From: a virus
Taxonomy: Duplodnaviria; Caudoviricetes
IMG/VR virus record: IMGVR_UViG_3300025892_000008
Length of the DNA: 64,000 bases
Direction: 5' to 3' (one strand)
Shown: one piece after another, positions 27,221 to 38,026 of the stretch
How positions within the stretch are numbered: the first letter of the stretch is position 1
Layout of the letters: each line of letters begins with the position of its first letter
Notes under the pieces: model-generated
What the model was told of the DNA's origin: nothing
Databases searched by the model: none
Seen by the model: the letters and a program-made list of their open reading frames with translations, nothing else
Made by a program: the position numbers and the translations under genes

Positions 27221-28042
27221 TCAAGTTTTTTTCTTTTCTTTAGGTTGACTAGGATGTGTGTCGGCATTCTGTCTAGTCCAACTAGGATTCATTCCGTTCA
27301 TTTCTAAGATATCATCTCTTATATTTTGATTACGTTTTTCAATATTAATGATCCTAACAAAAGAATTAGTTACTGCGGCTGTATAATAAGCGAATGGATT
27401 TTGTGATTTTGATTCATCAAACTGCAACCCAATTTGTGCTAATTGTAATATTGCTTGTCCTTTCATTTCATCGTTGTAAGTATAGCCTCGTACATTTCCT
27501 CTTGTAGCATATCTTTCACAAAGTTTTATCCACATGCGAGCAAGTTCATTTGTTGCTTTACCTGCTTTAGGATTGAAGAAACCGTTCTCCATACCACCTT
27601 CCCAGTGACTTTTGCCTACACATATTAAATTTCCTTTGTCATCAAACTTCCAATGTTGAAAAGGAGGAAAGTTTACTTTAACATGGCTGTCAGCAACTGT
27701 CTTTTTTGTTTTCTTACGTGTAAGATCTTCAGGAATATGTTCAAATGACATAATACGGAAAACTAAATCCGTTTTTTCCATGGTTTTATAATCTATATTG
27801 AACTCTTTAGCAGGAATCTTCTTTCCAGCGGCCATTACGGCTGCTTCGTGATTTTCCCTCGCAAGTCTAGCAGCACGGTTGCGTTTTGCTTCGGCTGTAG
27901 TTCTAATGTTAATTTTTTCGAGACTTGGCAGTATAATATCATATTGATGAAAATCTTTATCTACAAAGGAGCAGAAGGCGGATTTACTCTTGTGTATTTG
28001 TGCTAATATGTCTCTATTGTTAAGGTATTTTACTTTTCTCAT
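27221..28042 (-). CDS. gp55: Late-transcription sigma factor (gp55-like)
   Basis: YLNNRD, RGYTYNDEM and FDESKSQNPFAYYT; 55-47-46 order as in T4. Confidence 0.85.
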   Translation of the reverse strand: MRKVKYLNNRDILAQIHKSKSAFCSFVDKDFHQYDIILPSLEKINIRTTAEAKRNRAARLARENHEAAVMAAGKKIPAKEFNIDYKTMEKTDLVFRIMSFEHIPEDLTRKKTKKTVADSHVKVNFPPFQHWKFDDKGNLICVGKSHWEGGMENGFFNPKAGKATNELARMWIKLCERYATRGNVRGYTYNDEMKGQAILQLAQIGLQFDESKSQNPFAYYTAAVTNSFVRIINIEKRNQNIRDDILEMNGMNPSWTRQNADTHPSQPKEKKKT

Positions 28043-28063
28043 ATGTTCTCCAGAACTTTTTAA

Positions 28064-28100
28064 TATTTATTATAATAGCACATTATGAAAGAAATAAATA
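28064..28100. promoter_or_regulatory. Divergent late-type promoters
   Basis: TAAATA on the minus strand at 28064-28069 (toward gp55) and on the plus strand at 28095-28100 (toward the baseplate operon). Confidence 0.6.
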
Positions 28101-28137
28101 GAGTAAAGTAATCAAATGATGAGGAAATATTACCAAA

Positions 28138-29295
28138 ATGAGTTTATCAGTTAATCCGATATCACTATTGGTATCAAAAATAGATGCAGAGACGCAAGCA
28201 GCACTAGATGTAGCAGAAGCAGCCTTCAATGCACCCAAGGTAGGAAACCAGTTTGAAAAGGCAAGACTTGATGCAAAAATGGCAAAGTTGGGAGGTGACA
28301 TCGGCAGTGGATTAAACGCCGCTGGTAGTGTAGGAGGTGAACTGTTAGATAAAGTAACCACAGGTATGGGTAATGTTATCAATAACAATCTTGACGGCGG
28401 ATCAGAATCCGGCATACTAGATTCATTATCGTCTACTGTAGGTAGTTTTGGTAGTGTAATTGGAAATGCTACAAACAGTGTAGGCACATCTTTAAATAAC
28501 TCACTTAATGAAATAGGATCACTTGCAAGTAAATTTACCGGAGGTAATCTTGCAGGAGGTATAGAACAACTAGCAGGTCAAATAGCACAAGGTGCAGGCG
28601 CACTAGATGATTTTTTAAGTTTAAAACGTGGTGCTAACATACCTAAAGGCGGAGAACTTTTTCAATCATCAGGAGAAGGTATACAAGTTATACCTAAAAA
28701 CGGTGAGGACTGGCGTGTTAGAATTGCTTGTGATTGGAGTTTATTCCCTGGTAACCCTCAATTTGAACTATTACAAAAGTCAGCGGGAGTAGTTTTTCCT
28801 GTACTTCCTTCGATTACATTCTCTACTAAAGCAAACTATACACAAATTGATCCTATTCACAACAATTATCCGTTCCAGGCTTACAAAAATTCACAAGTTG
28901 ATGAAATAATGATCAATGGTACTTTTGTTTGTGAAGATGAAACTCAAGCAGCATACTGGATAGCAATGACAACATTCTTTAAAACAATGACCAAGATGTT
29001 TTTCGGTCAAGGTGCAAATGTAGGTGCTCCACCACCAGTGTGTAGATTAACAGGATATGGTGCAAGCGTGTTTGATAACGTGCCAGTTGTAGTAAAATCG
29101 TTCTCAGTTGATTTCGACAACGATGTACAGTACAAACGCTGTAACGCCTTTGGCACAAACACATGGGTACCAATTACGAGCAGTGTAAACATAAACGTAC
29201 AACCGGTTTACAACAGAAGAAATTTAAGACAGTTTAGTTTAGTTGATTATGCTAAAGGAAATTTAAAAACACCATCAGGCAAGGGGTACTTATAA
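28138..29295 (+). CDS. Baseplate tail-tube initiator/cap-like protein
   Basis: C-terminal tube-fold-like domain (GVVFP..PSI....ANY...H.NY...Y..S....I.I.G.F); first gene of the baseplate operon. Confidence 0.6.
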   Translation: MSLSVNPISLLVSKIDAETQAALDVAEAAFNAPKVGNQFEKARLDAKMAKLGGDIGSGLNAAGSVGGELLDKVTTGMGNVINNNLDGGSESGILDSLSSTVGSFGSVIGNATNSVGTSLNNSLNEIGSLASKFTGGNLAGGIEQLAGQIAQGAGALDDFLSLKRGANIPKGGELFQSSGEGIQVIPKNGEDWRVRIACDWSLFPGNPQFELLQKSAGVVFPVLPSITFSTKANYTQIDPIHNNYPFQAYKNSQVDEIMINGTFVCEDETQAAYWIAMTTFFKTMTKMFFGQGANVGAPPPVCRLTGYGASVFDNVPVVVKSFSVDFDNDVQYKRCNAFGTNTWVPITSSVNINVQPVYNRRNLRQFSLVDYAKGNLKTPSGKGYL

Positions 29296-29296
29296 T

Positions 29297-29596
29297 ATGG
29301 CAATTTACAAACAATCGTCTCCGTATCATGCAACACCTGCAAATAGTTTGTATCTTGAGTTATTAAGTATCAGACCTGTACCAGCACAGGCGGATGATTA
29401 CTTATATACTATTGAGAATCAATATAAAAGACGTCCTGATTTATTAGCATACGATTTATACGGTGACGCTAAACTATGGTGGGTATTTGTGCAAAGAAAT
29501 ATGGAAACAATTAAAGATCCTATATATGATTTTGTTCCAGGAACGAAAATTTATATACCTAAAGAATCTAATTTGCAAAGATTTTTAGGAGTCTAG
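29297..29596 (+). CDS. Baseplate wedge protein, gp53/LysM-like
   Basis: RPDLLAYDLYGDAKLWWVF...N...DPI.DF..G..IYIP. Confidence 0.8.
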   Translation: MAIYKQSSPYHATPANSLYLELLSIRPVPAQADDYLYTIENQYKRRPDLLAYDLYGDAKLWWVFVQRNMETIKDPIYDFVPGTKIYIPKESNLQRFLGV

Positions 29597-29597
29597 C

Positions 29598-32219
29598 ATG
29601 GCTGACTTGAAAGAGTACAGAATTCAATCCACTGGTAGCGCCGCGAATTTCAACATCACCGACGAAACTAGAAAGCAACCTTACATTACCACAAGAATTA
29701 ATGGCAAAGAAGCCAAAGTGTACGGCACCAAGGAGCAACTAGACACTTATCAGAACAAAAAACCAGACGGTACAAAAAAACTACCTACAAAACAAGACAG
29801 TGCAATTATCAAAGCATTTGTTGAGAAGTTTAAAAAAGAATCAGGCGCAACAACAGATCTAGATAAAGACGAAAAGGAAGACGAAAAGAAAAAACCAGAG
29901 GGATCTAATGCAGGATCGTCAGGTACAAATTTAAATGGCATAGTACCAAATCCTCTAGGACAGTTTGCTAGTGTAAACCATTTATGGACTATGGCAGTCC
30001 TTACACCTAAACAATTTAATAATCCTAACCTATATAGAAATGCAGTTGGTATGAGTTTTGCAAATCAATCATATGATGTTTCATCTACAGTAGATGTTGA
30101 AACTACAATCATGGGTCAAAAAGCAACTTTCAAAGATACCAGGACAGCAAGTTTGCAATCTAGTATTGTTTTTAGTAGTGCAGGTAGAGGCGACGCAGAA
30201 AGAGTAAACACAAAATACGGCAAGCCAGAATACTTTGTAGATAATTTTAATATGACATCTATAATTGCTGCAACTCCTAGAACAGGAAATCAAAATGCAA
30301 TTAACTTTACATTTGATATACTAGAACCTTATTCCATGGGATTGTTTTTGCAGAGTTTACAGAATGCCGCAATTAAAGCAGGCTACTCAAATTACTTAGA
30401 TAGTCCGTTTTTGTTAAAACTTGATATTATAGGTTTTGATGAATCTTCTAAAATTAAAAAAACAATTAAACCTAAATTTTTTATTTTAAAATTAAAGAAA
30501 GTTACTTTTAGTGTAGATGAAACAGGAAGTAAGTATGCTGTAGAAGCATATCCTTATAATCATCAAGGATTCTCAGACACTGTGGATACAGCATTTACAG
30601 ATATTAACATAGGTATAACAACAGGAACAGCACCGATGCCACAAGAAGAAAAAGGCACGGTTAGAGATCTTTTAGCAACTGGAGGAAACAGTTTAGTTGC
30701 CTTGCTTAATAAAAATGAAGAACTTGCAGTAAAGCAAGGTAGATATGATATAAAAGATAGATACGAAATACATTTTCCAGAAAAGTCTAGTCAACGATTT
30801 ACTAATCAAAACCAATCAAGTAATGATGCTAATGCTGGCGCAACTTTTAATCCTGCTGACGCTGGTCAAAACTCAGTAGGCGGAACAGAAGTTGATGCAA
30901 CAACAAGTCAAAACATAGGTAACAATCCTGTTGCTAAATCTAAATTTGGGTTTGATACAAAACGTGGTGGTAACTTTCCTTTCAAGACAGACAAAGATGT
31001 TGTTGATGAAGAAACCGGCCGTGTAAATAGAGGCATAATGCAAATTGATGAAAGCGCAAGGTCTTTTCATTTTACACAAAAACAAAAATTAACAGATATC
31101 ATTACACAAGTTATACTAAGTTCTACATGGGCCAAAGAAGCAACACAAAAGGCTACAAAAGCAGACGGTATGATAGACTGGTTTAAAATTGATACGCAGA
31201 TTGAATTTTTAGATTATGATGCCTCAATTGGCGACTTTGCAAAAAAATACGTTTATAGAGTTGTGCCATTTAAAGTGCATTCTAGTATATTTGGTAATCC
31301 TAATGCAATTCCTCCAGGGTATGATATATTAGAAAAAAATATTGTTAAAAAGTACGAATACATATATTCTGGACAGAATACAGAAATACTAAGTTTTGAT
31401 ATTGATATTAACTATCTATTTTATAGTGGAGCAAATCCACAGTCAGAAACTAAAACAAAAAACGAAGACAATAAAGATAATAAAGGACCAGCCGGCAGCA
31501 ATCCAAAAGAGGTAGAGATAGAGAAAGGTAATAACTCTACAGCACAGGCTGCAAATTTAGGTAAATCTAAAGTTAAGAAAAATCCTGATCTATTTAATGT
31601 GTTGCGAGGAGGATCAGGAGACGTAGATGTTGAACAAAAAATTGCACAAAGTTTCCAAGATGCATTTATCAATGTCACAAGTGCTGACTTAGTAAAAATT
31701 AATTTTACAGTAATGGGAGATACCTATTATTTGATTGACAGTGGATTAAGTAATTACTTTGCTGCTGAATCAGGATCGTCAAACCTATTAACTGAAGATG
31801 GTACGATGAATTATGAAGGACAAGATGTTTACATATACATTACATTTAGAACACCAGCAGATATAAATGAAAGAACTGGTGGTTTTGAGTTCGATGACGG
31901 TGTGAGTCCGTTTAGTGGTATCTACAGAGTAATTAAAGTTATTAGTAAATTTGAAGGCGGAACATTTAAGCAAGAGCTACAATGTATTAGAATGCAAGCA
32001 CAACCAACTGACTTTGATGGCAAGAAACTACAGACAAGCAAACAAGGTAATTCAACTGTAAAAGTAAAGGGCGAGGCAAAAGATAAAGAATCTGTAAGCG
32101 AAGAAATTTTAGTAGCAGATCCTGGTGGCACTATCACAGTAGGGCCTATACCACCCGGAGAAGGCTATGACTTACCAGGTGATGACGGTGACTACGGACC
32201 GCAAAACGGACCGCAATAA
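29598..32219 (+). CDS. Baseplate hub protein (gp27/VgrG-like)
   Basis: 873 aa between the LysM protein and gp5; C-terminal V.GD.Y and FSG.Y.V..V...F..G.F.Q.L motif. Confidence 0.7.
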   Translation: MADLKEYRIQSTGSAANFNITDETRKQPYITTRINGKEAKVYGTKEQLDTYQNKKPDGTKKLPTKQDSAIIKAFVEKFKKESGATTDLDKDEKEDEKKKPEGSNAGSSGTNLNGIVPNPLGQFASVNHLWTMAVLTPKQFNNPNLYRNAVGMSFANQSYDVSSTVDVETTIMGQKATFKDTRTASLQSSIVFSSAGRGDAERVNTKYGKPEYFVDNFNMTSIIAATPRTGNQNAINFTFDILEPYSMGLFLQSLQNAAIKAGYSNYLDSPFLLKLDIIGFDESSKIKKTIKPKFFILKLKKVTFSVDETGSKYAVEAYPYNHQGFSDTVDTAFTDINIGITTGTAPMPQEEKGTVRDLLATGGNSLVALLNKNEELAVKQGRYDIKDRYEIHFPEKSSQRFTNQNQSSNDANAGATFNPADAGQNSVGGTEVDATTSQNIGNNPVAKSKFGFDTKRGGNFPFKTDKDVVDEETGRVNRGIMQIDESARSFHFTQKQKLTDIITQVILSSTWAKEATQKATKADGMIDWFKIDTQIEFLDYDASIGDFAKKYVYRVVPFKVHSSIFGNPNAIPPGYDILEKNIVKKYEYIYSGQNTEILSFDIDINYLFYSGANPQSETKTKNEDNKDNKGPAGSNPKEVEIEKGNNSTAQAANLGKSKVKKNPDLFNVLRGGSGDVDVEQKIAQSFQDAFINVTSADLVKINFTVMGDTYYLIDSGLSNYFAAESGSSNLLTEDGTMNYEGQDVYIYITFRTPADINERTGGFEFDDGVSPFSGIYRVIKVISKFEGGTFKQELQCIRMQAQPTDFDGKKLQTSKQGNSTVKVKGEAKDKESVSEEILVADPGGTITVGPIPPGEGYDLPGDDGDYGPQNGPQ

Positions 32220-32228
32220 GGAATAAAA

Positions 32229-34025
32229 ATGGCAATACAAAGAAGAAGACCTAGTAAAGAAACAGCAGGCGTAAATTTAGGCGCCGGAGTCATTCTTGCG
32301 AAAGTTATTAGTGTCATGGATCCTACCTTCAACGGAAGACTTCGTGTAAGTCTTTTAAAATCACAAGGTAATGATGTAGGAGCAGACAGACAAACGTATA
32401 CAGTTAACTATGCATCTCCATTCTTTGGTTATACACCTTATCCTGCTTTAGGAAAGAATAATGAGGATTTCAACGACACTCAAAAATCTTATGGTATGTG
32501 GTTTGTTCCACCCGATATAGGTGTAACAGTCATGTGTACTTTTGTTGACGGCGATCCTGGCGAAGGATATTGGTTCGCCTGTTTACCACCCAACTTTGCA
32601 AATAATATGGTACCAGCCATAGCGGGAAGTACACAAGTAGATTTAACAGATGCAGATAAGAAAAAGTTTGATACAACACAGCCACTTCCTGTAGGTGAGA
32701 TAAACAAAATATCTAATAAAGAAGAATTAGAAAAAGACCCAGATAAAATTAAAAAACCTGTTCATCCTATTGCTGATAGATTTCTTGAAGCAGGAACTTT
32801 AGAAGATGATGTTCGTGGTGTTACTACCACTTCAGCTCGAAGACAAACTCCTAATGCTGCTTTTGGTATTTCTACTCCTGGACCTCTAGATTGGAGAGAC
32901 GGTAGTAAAAGAATGACAACAGGTACAACAGAGAATTCATCACTTATAGGTGTTGCAGTAAGTAGACTTGGCGGCACACAGTTTGTTATGGATGACGGTG
33001 ATGATAGATATGTTAGACAAACGCCAGCAGCCAGTGGTCCTGTAAAATATATTGATGTTATAGAAAAAAGATTTGCTGATGCTGAAGGAGCTCAAACAAA
33101 TGACAAAGGTGACGTAACTGTTCCTTATAATGAATATACAAGACTAAGAACAAGAACAGGACATCAGATACTATTACATAACTCAGAAGACTTAATTTAT
33201 ATTGGTAATTCAAGAGGAACGTCATGGATTGAAATGACATCAAATGGTAAAATTGATGTGTACGCAGCAGATAGTATAAGTGTGCATACTGAAAATGATT
33301 TAAACATCAAAGCCGATAGAGATGTTAATATTGAAGCCGGAAGAAATATAAACATGAAAGCAACTGCTGAATATGTTTCAACTAATGAATTACATAGAAG
33401 AGATGCAGATGGAAATCCTATATCTAAAATACAAGACGGAAATGAATATGAATCAGGTAGAATACAAATTGAAAGTGCATTCAACACAAACATACTAATT
33501 GGCGCTAATGGTAAGATAGAAACTAGAAATTATGAAAATGCAGAAGGTGTAAAAGTTGACGGATCTTTAGACATCAGCGTAATAGGCTCTACAAAAATTG
33601 CTACAGGATATGGAATAGTTGGTGCACATGATCTTGACTTGAAAGTATCTGGAGATACACTTATAAAAACTACTGGTAATCTGGATCTGAATACAGATGG
33701 TAACAATGCATATACAGCCGGTGGTACAACAGATATTTTAAGTGGTGGCAATCATACTGAGACAGCAGCAGAAATACACATGAATGGCCCACAAGCAAGA
33801 GAAGCAGAAGAAGCAAGTCAAGCAGCAACTATTACTGCCTTGCATCTACATACAACATTGTTTACAAATCCTGCTGTTGGATGGCCTAAACTTAAATACA
33901 CTGACGGAAAAATAAAAACAATAATGAAAAGAGTACCTATGCATGAGCCGTGGCCGTTGCATGAGAATAATTCTCCTGCATTACAAAATGAAACGTTTAC
34001 CGACAGAGAACCAAAAGAGGAGTAG
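32229..34025 (+). CDS. gp5: Baseplate central spike (gp5-like OB-fold plus beta-helix)
   Basis: GRLRV, YASPFFG, GMWFVPPDIG..V, RTRTGHQILLH and IEMTSNGKIDVYA; His-rich tip. Confidence 0.85.
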   Translation: MAIQRRRPSKETAGVNLGAGVILAKVISVMDPTFNGRLRVSLLKSQGNDVGADRQTYTVNYASPFFGYTPYPALGKNNEDFNDTQKSYGMWFVPPDIGVTVMCTFVDGDPGEGYWFACLPPNFANNMVPAIAGSTQVDLTDADKKKFDTTQPLPVGEINKISNKEELEKDPDKIKKPVHPIADRFLEAGTLEDDVRGVTTTSARRQTPNAAFGISTPGPLDWRDGSKRMTTGTTENSSLIGVAVSRLGGTQFVMDDGDDRYVRQTPAASGPVKYIDVIEKRFADAEGAQTNDKGDVTVPYNEYTRLRTRTGHQILLHNSEDLIYIGNSRGTSWIEMTSNGKIDVYAADSISVHTENDLNIKADRDVNIEAGRNINMKATAEYVSTNELHRRDADGNPISKIQDGNEYESGRIQIESAFNTNILIGANGKIETRNYENAEGVKVDGSLDISVIGSTKIATGYGIVGAHDLDLKVSGDTLIKTTGNLDLNTDGNNAYTAGGTTDILSGGNHTETAAEIHMNGPQAREAEEASQAATITALHLHTTLFTNPAVGWPKLKYTDGKIKTIMKRVPMHEPWPLHENNSPALQNETFTDREPKEE

Positions 34026-34028
34026 TAT

Positions 34029-34466
34029 ATGAAAAAAATATACAATCAAAAAGCAGTAGCAGTTAACCAAGCAAGTGTTGGGTCTGCAGGAGCGAACACG
34101 TTTACATATAGAGGATTCTCTTCAAAAAACAAAAAAAGCGGATTTAAATTATATGATATTGACTTGGTAAAACAGGATATTATCAACAACTTCTACATAA
34201 GAAAAGGTGAAAAGTTAGAAAATCCGACCTTTGGTACTGTAATATGGGATATGATCTTTGAACAGTTTACTGAAGAAGTAAAGAATATTATAGCCAAAGA
34301 CGTAGAAACTATTATAAACTATGACCCTAGAGTTGTAGTTCAAAGCGTTAGTGTTGATAGCACAGAACAAGGCATGAGAATTGAAGCAGATGTAGTGTAT
34401 GTTCCATTTAATGTAACTGAAAGAATGCGCTTTAATTTTGATAGAAATAACTCGGTTATAAACTAA
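34029..34466 (+). CDS. gp25: Baseplate wedge subunit (gp25 family)
   Basis: RKGEKLENPTFG..IWD.IFE and YDPRV. Confidence 0.9.
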   Translation: MKKIYNQKAVAVNQASVGSAGANTFTYRGFSSKNKKSGFKLYDIDLVKQDIINNFYIRKGEKLENPTFGTVIWDMIFEQFTEEVKNIIAKDVETIINYDPRVVVQSVSVDSTEQGMRIEADVVYVPFNVTERMRFNFDRNNSVIN

Positions 34467-34484
34467 GCACTTAATTACAAGGGC

Positions 34485-34490
34485 TAAATA
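34485..34490 (+). promoter_or_regulatory. Late-type promoter TAAATA
   Basis: Intergenic, upstream of gp6. Confidence 0.55.
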
Positions 34491-34510
34491 TTACAATAGG
34501 AATATAGTTA

Positions 34511-37500
34511 ATGAGCACAACGTCAAGACAGAACAATTTAATACTAAATCAGGACTGGACTCGCATCTATCAAACGTTTAGAAATGCGGATTTTAAGTCT
34601 TATGATTTTGAAAATATCCGCAGGGTAATTATTTCTTATCTAAGAGAAAACTATCCTGAAGATTTTAATGACTATATTGAAAGTTCTGAGTACATGGCTC
34701 TAGTTGATGCAGTAGCATTTTTAGGCCAAAGCATCAGTTTCAGACTAGATTTAGCAAGTAGAGAAAACTTTTTAGAATTAGCAGAGCGTAAAGAAAGTGT
34801 TCTTAGAATTGCTAGAATGTTGTCCTACAACGCAAAAAGAAATATAGGATCTAGTGGCTTATTAAAATTTAATACAATATCAACTACAGAAAATATTATT
34901 GATAGTAATGGTAGAAACTTAGCACAACAAACTGTTAAATGGAATGATCCTACAAACAGTAACTGGGCAGAACAGTTTGTGTTAATTCTTAATTCTGCTA
35001 TGTCTGACAATACAGAGTTTGGTAGAAGTGAAGGCGCTGCTACAATACAAGGTATACCTACCGAGCAATATAGATTTAGAACTACTTCAAATGATGTTCC
35101 ATTATACAACTTTTCAAAATCTGTTGCTGGTAGAAGCATGGCATTTGAAATAGTAAGCACAGCGTTTAAGGAACAAGAATTTATATATGAAGAAGCACCA
35201 ACACCAGGTAACCAGTTAGGGTTTGTATACAGACAAGATGGAAAAGGTTCAGCAAGTGCAAACACAGGTTTCTTTTTACAATTTAAACAAGGAAGTTTAG
35301 AGTTTGCAGACTTTGATATTAGTACTCCAACAACAAATGAAACAATTTCTGTAGAGACAAACAATATTAATAATGATGATCTTTGGTTGTTTGGTTTGAA
35401 TAGCGCAGGCGGCCAAGACCGTGAATGGGCTAAAGTAAGTAATCTAACAGGAAACAATATTGCATACAATAGTATAGTAGGTAATATTAGAAACATCTAT
35501 TCAGTGTCTACACAACCTGACGATAAAGTCAATCTTGTATTTGCTGATGGCACATATGGAAATTTACCGCAAGGATCTTTTAGAACGTATTACAGAGTAA
35601 GTAATGGACTCGAGTATGCCATTGCTCCTAATGATATGAAAGGTATCTCAATCGATATCAATTATTTAAATAAATCAGGTATTGCACATACACTTACTGT
35701 AAACTTAGGTTTGCAATATACTGTTAATAATGCAGCGGCAACAGAAAGTACTGATACAATTAGGCAAAATGCTCCTGCACTTTATTATACACAAAACAGA
35801 ATGGTTACTGGAGAAGATTATAATCTTGCTCCGTTAGCAAGTTCTCAAAACATTTTAAAAATAAAAGCAGTAAACAGAACTTCAAGTGGTATTAGTAGAA
35901 ATTATGACATTGTAGATGCAAGCGGAAAATATAGTGCAGTAAATGTTTTTGCTGATGATGGATACATTTATAGACAAGAAGCAGAAAGAAGTTTATTTTT
36001 AAAGTTCACAAGCAAAACTGAAATTATCAATTTCATAAGGCAAAACATTGAAGGTGCATTTACTGATAAAGACTTATATAATTTTTACATTACCAAATAT
36101 GAAAGAGTAACATTTAGTGAAAAAACAACAGTGTGGAAAAGTATTACTAACGATTTAAATAGCGGAACTGGTTATTTTACAAACACTATTGATAACAGTC
36201 TACTTAAAGTTGGCACATACTCAACGAGTAGTTTAAAATTCCTTACTGTTGGGTCAACAATTAAATTTACTGCCCCTGATGGTTTTCACTTTATGACAAA
36301 TCAAAATAATAAATTGATGGCCGGCACCGCAGATCATACAGGAAGTTCAACTTATATTTGGGCCAAAGTACAATCAATTATAGGAGATGGTACAAATGCT
36401 AATAGAGGTGCTCTTGCAAACGGATTAGGACCAATTACTTTTAATGAAAATATTCCAGAAGGCGCAATAGCAAATAGTATTGTTCCAAAGTTTGTTAACG
36501 ATTTGAGTGTAGCACTTGAAACAGAAATTACTAACCTTATGTTTGCAAGTTTAAACTTTGGTTTAAGATATGATACTGCTGACACTTCATGGAAAATTAT
36601 ACAAAATCAAAACTTAGATTTAGTCAATAACTTTAATTTAGGTAAGGCAGGTGATATAACAAATGAGAATCTTGATGGTTCTTGGTTGTTTGCATTTGTA
36701 AAAGAAAACGATCAGTATGTAATTAGAATTAGAACATTAAATTATGTATTTGGAAGTGTTGAGCAAAACAGGTTTTATTTTGATAAAAACGAAATTGCTT
36801 ACAATAATTTGACAGGAAAAATTGCAAAAGATATTGTTAATATTTTAGGTATTAATAGTCAAACAACTACTGCATCAGCATTAGGCAGAGATTATAAATT
36901 TGAAATCACAGATACTATATCGTTTGATGACGGGTATGAAAGCAACAAAGAAATAAAATTAAGTTTTAGTGATAGCGATAGCGATGGTGTTATTGACGAT
37001 CCTGATTCATTTATACAAGTTGCAGGTGCTGATTCTGAGTTAAACTATTTGTTCTTTGAAAGAAAAGTAGACGAATACGGTACAGACGTATTAAATCTTT
37101 TTGATAATAGTACAGGTACAATTATTATAAGAGATAAAGAAGCAGATGTTAATGTAAATGATTACACTAATGGTCAATTAATTTATTTTAGTGACATTGC
37201 TGAAGATGTAGTTAAAACAGTTAATAGAACAACTAACATACTTGAATTAAACAGTAACTATGTTGCATATATAGGTAGAAGAAATTTAAAATTTCAATAC
37301 ACACATGCTGCTAGTGAAAATAGAAGAATCGATCCTAGCGTAACTAACATTGTTGATTTATTTTTATTAACTAAAAATTACGATACTGCATATAGAAATT
37401 ATCTTGCAGGTGCAACAACAGAACCTGATGCTCCTACAACAGATAGTTTAAGAATAGAATTTGGTGCTAATCTAAATGAAATTAAAACTATTAGTGATGA

Positions 37501-38026
37501 AGTAATTTATCACCCTGTGAAATATAAAGTATTATTTGGTTCTCAGGCAGCAACTAAATTACAGGCCGAATTCAAAGTAGTTAAAAATTCAGATAAAGCA
37601 ATTAATGATAACAATTTAAAAGTAAGAATTGTTACAGCAATAAACAGATTCTTTGAAATTCAAAACTGGGATTTTGGTGACAGATTCTATCTAAGTGAAT
37701 TAACAACCTACGTTATTAACACAGTAGCACCTGATGTTACTAACTTTGTAATTTTACCTAGATCATCAGCACAATCATTTGGCAGTCTTTTTGAAATACA
37801 AAGCAACCCAGATGAAATTTTTGTAAGTGGTGCAACAGTAGACGACATCAAAATTGTTACTAGCATTACCGCCGCTGAAATTAGATCAAGCACAGGAACA
37901 GTAGAAAGTGATTCACAATCAAACACAACAAGTTCAAGCACAAGTACAGGTACAACTACAACTACAAACACAAGCACTACGAGTACAGGTACTACAGGTT
38001 CTAGCAGCGGAGGTTCTAGTTACTAA
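34511..38026 (+). CDS. gp6: Baseplate wedge protein (gp6 family)
   Basis: DFENIR...ISYL, DYIESSE..AL.D, ENF...A.R..SV, and QNRMVT.EDY. Confidence 0.9.
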   Translation: MSTTSRQNNLILNQDWTRIYQTFRNADFKSYDFENIRRVIISYLRENYPEDFNDYIESSEYMALVDAVAFLGQSISFRLDLASRENFLELAERKESVLRIARMLSYNAKRNIGSSGLLKFNTISTTENIIDSNGRNLAQQTVKWNDPTNSNWAEQFVLILNSAMSDNTEFGRSEGAATIQGIPTEQYRFRTTSNDVPLYNFSKSVAGRSMAFEIVSTAFKEQEFIYEEAPTPGNQLGFVYRQDGKGSASANTGFFLQFKQGSLEFADFDISTPTTNETISVETNNINNDDLWLFGLNSAGGQDREWAKVSNLTGNNIAYNSIVGNIRNIYSVSTQPDDKVNLVFADGTYGNLPQGSFRTYYRVSNGLEYAIAPNDMKGISIDINYLNKSGIAHTLTVNLGLQYTVNNAAATESTDTIRQNAPALYYTQNRMVTGEDYNLAPLASSQNILKIKAVNRTSSGISRNYDIVDASGKYSAVNVFADDGYIYRQEAERSLFLKFTSKTEIINFIRQNIEGAFTDKDLYNFYITKYERVTFSEKTTVWKSITNDLNSGTGYFTNTIDNSLLKVGTYSTSSLKFLTVGSTIKFTAPDGFHFMTNQNNKLMAGTADHTGSSTYIWAKVQSIIGDGTNANRGALANGLGPITFNENIPEGAIANSIVPKFVNDLSVALETEITNLMFASLNFGLRYDTADTSWKIIQNQNLDLVNNFNLGKAGDITNENLDGSWLFAFVKENDQYVIRIRTLNYVFGSVEQNRFYFDKNEIAYNNLTGKIAKDIVNILGINSQTTTASALGRDYKFEITDTISFDDGYESNKEIKLSFSDSDSDGVIDDPDSFIQVAGADSELNYLFFERKVDEYGTDVLNLFDNSTGTIIIRDKEADVNVNDYTNGQLIYFSDIAEDVVKTVNRTTNILELNSNYVAYIGRRNLKFQYTHAASENRRIDPSVTNIVDLFLLTKNYDTAYRNYLAGATTEPDAPTTDSLRIEFGANLNEIKTISDEVIYHPVKYKVLFGSQAATKLQAEFKVVKNSDKAINDNNLKVRIVTAINRFFEIQNWDFGDRFYLSELTTYVINTVAPDVTNFVILPRSSAQSFGSLFEIQSNPDEIFVSGATVDDIKIVTSITAAEIRSSTGTVESDSQSNTTSSSTSTGTTTTTNTSTTSTGTTGSSSGGSSY

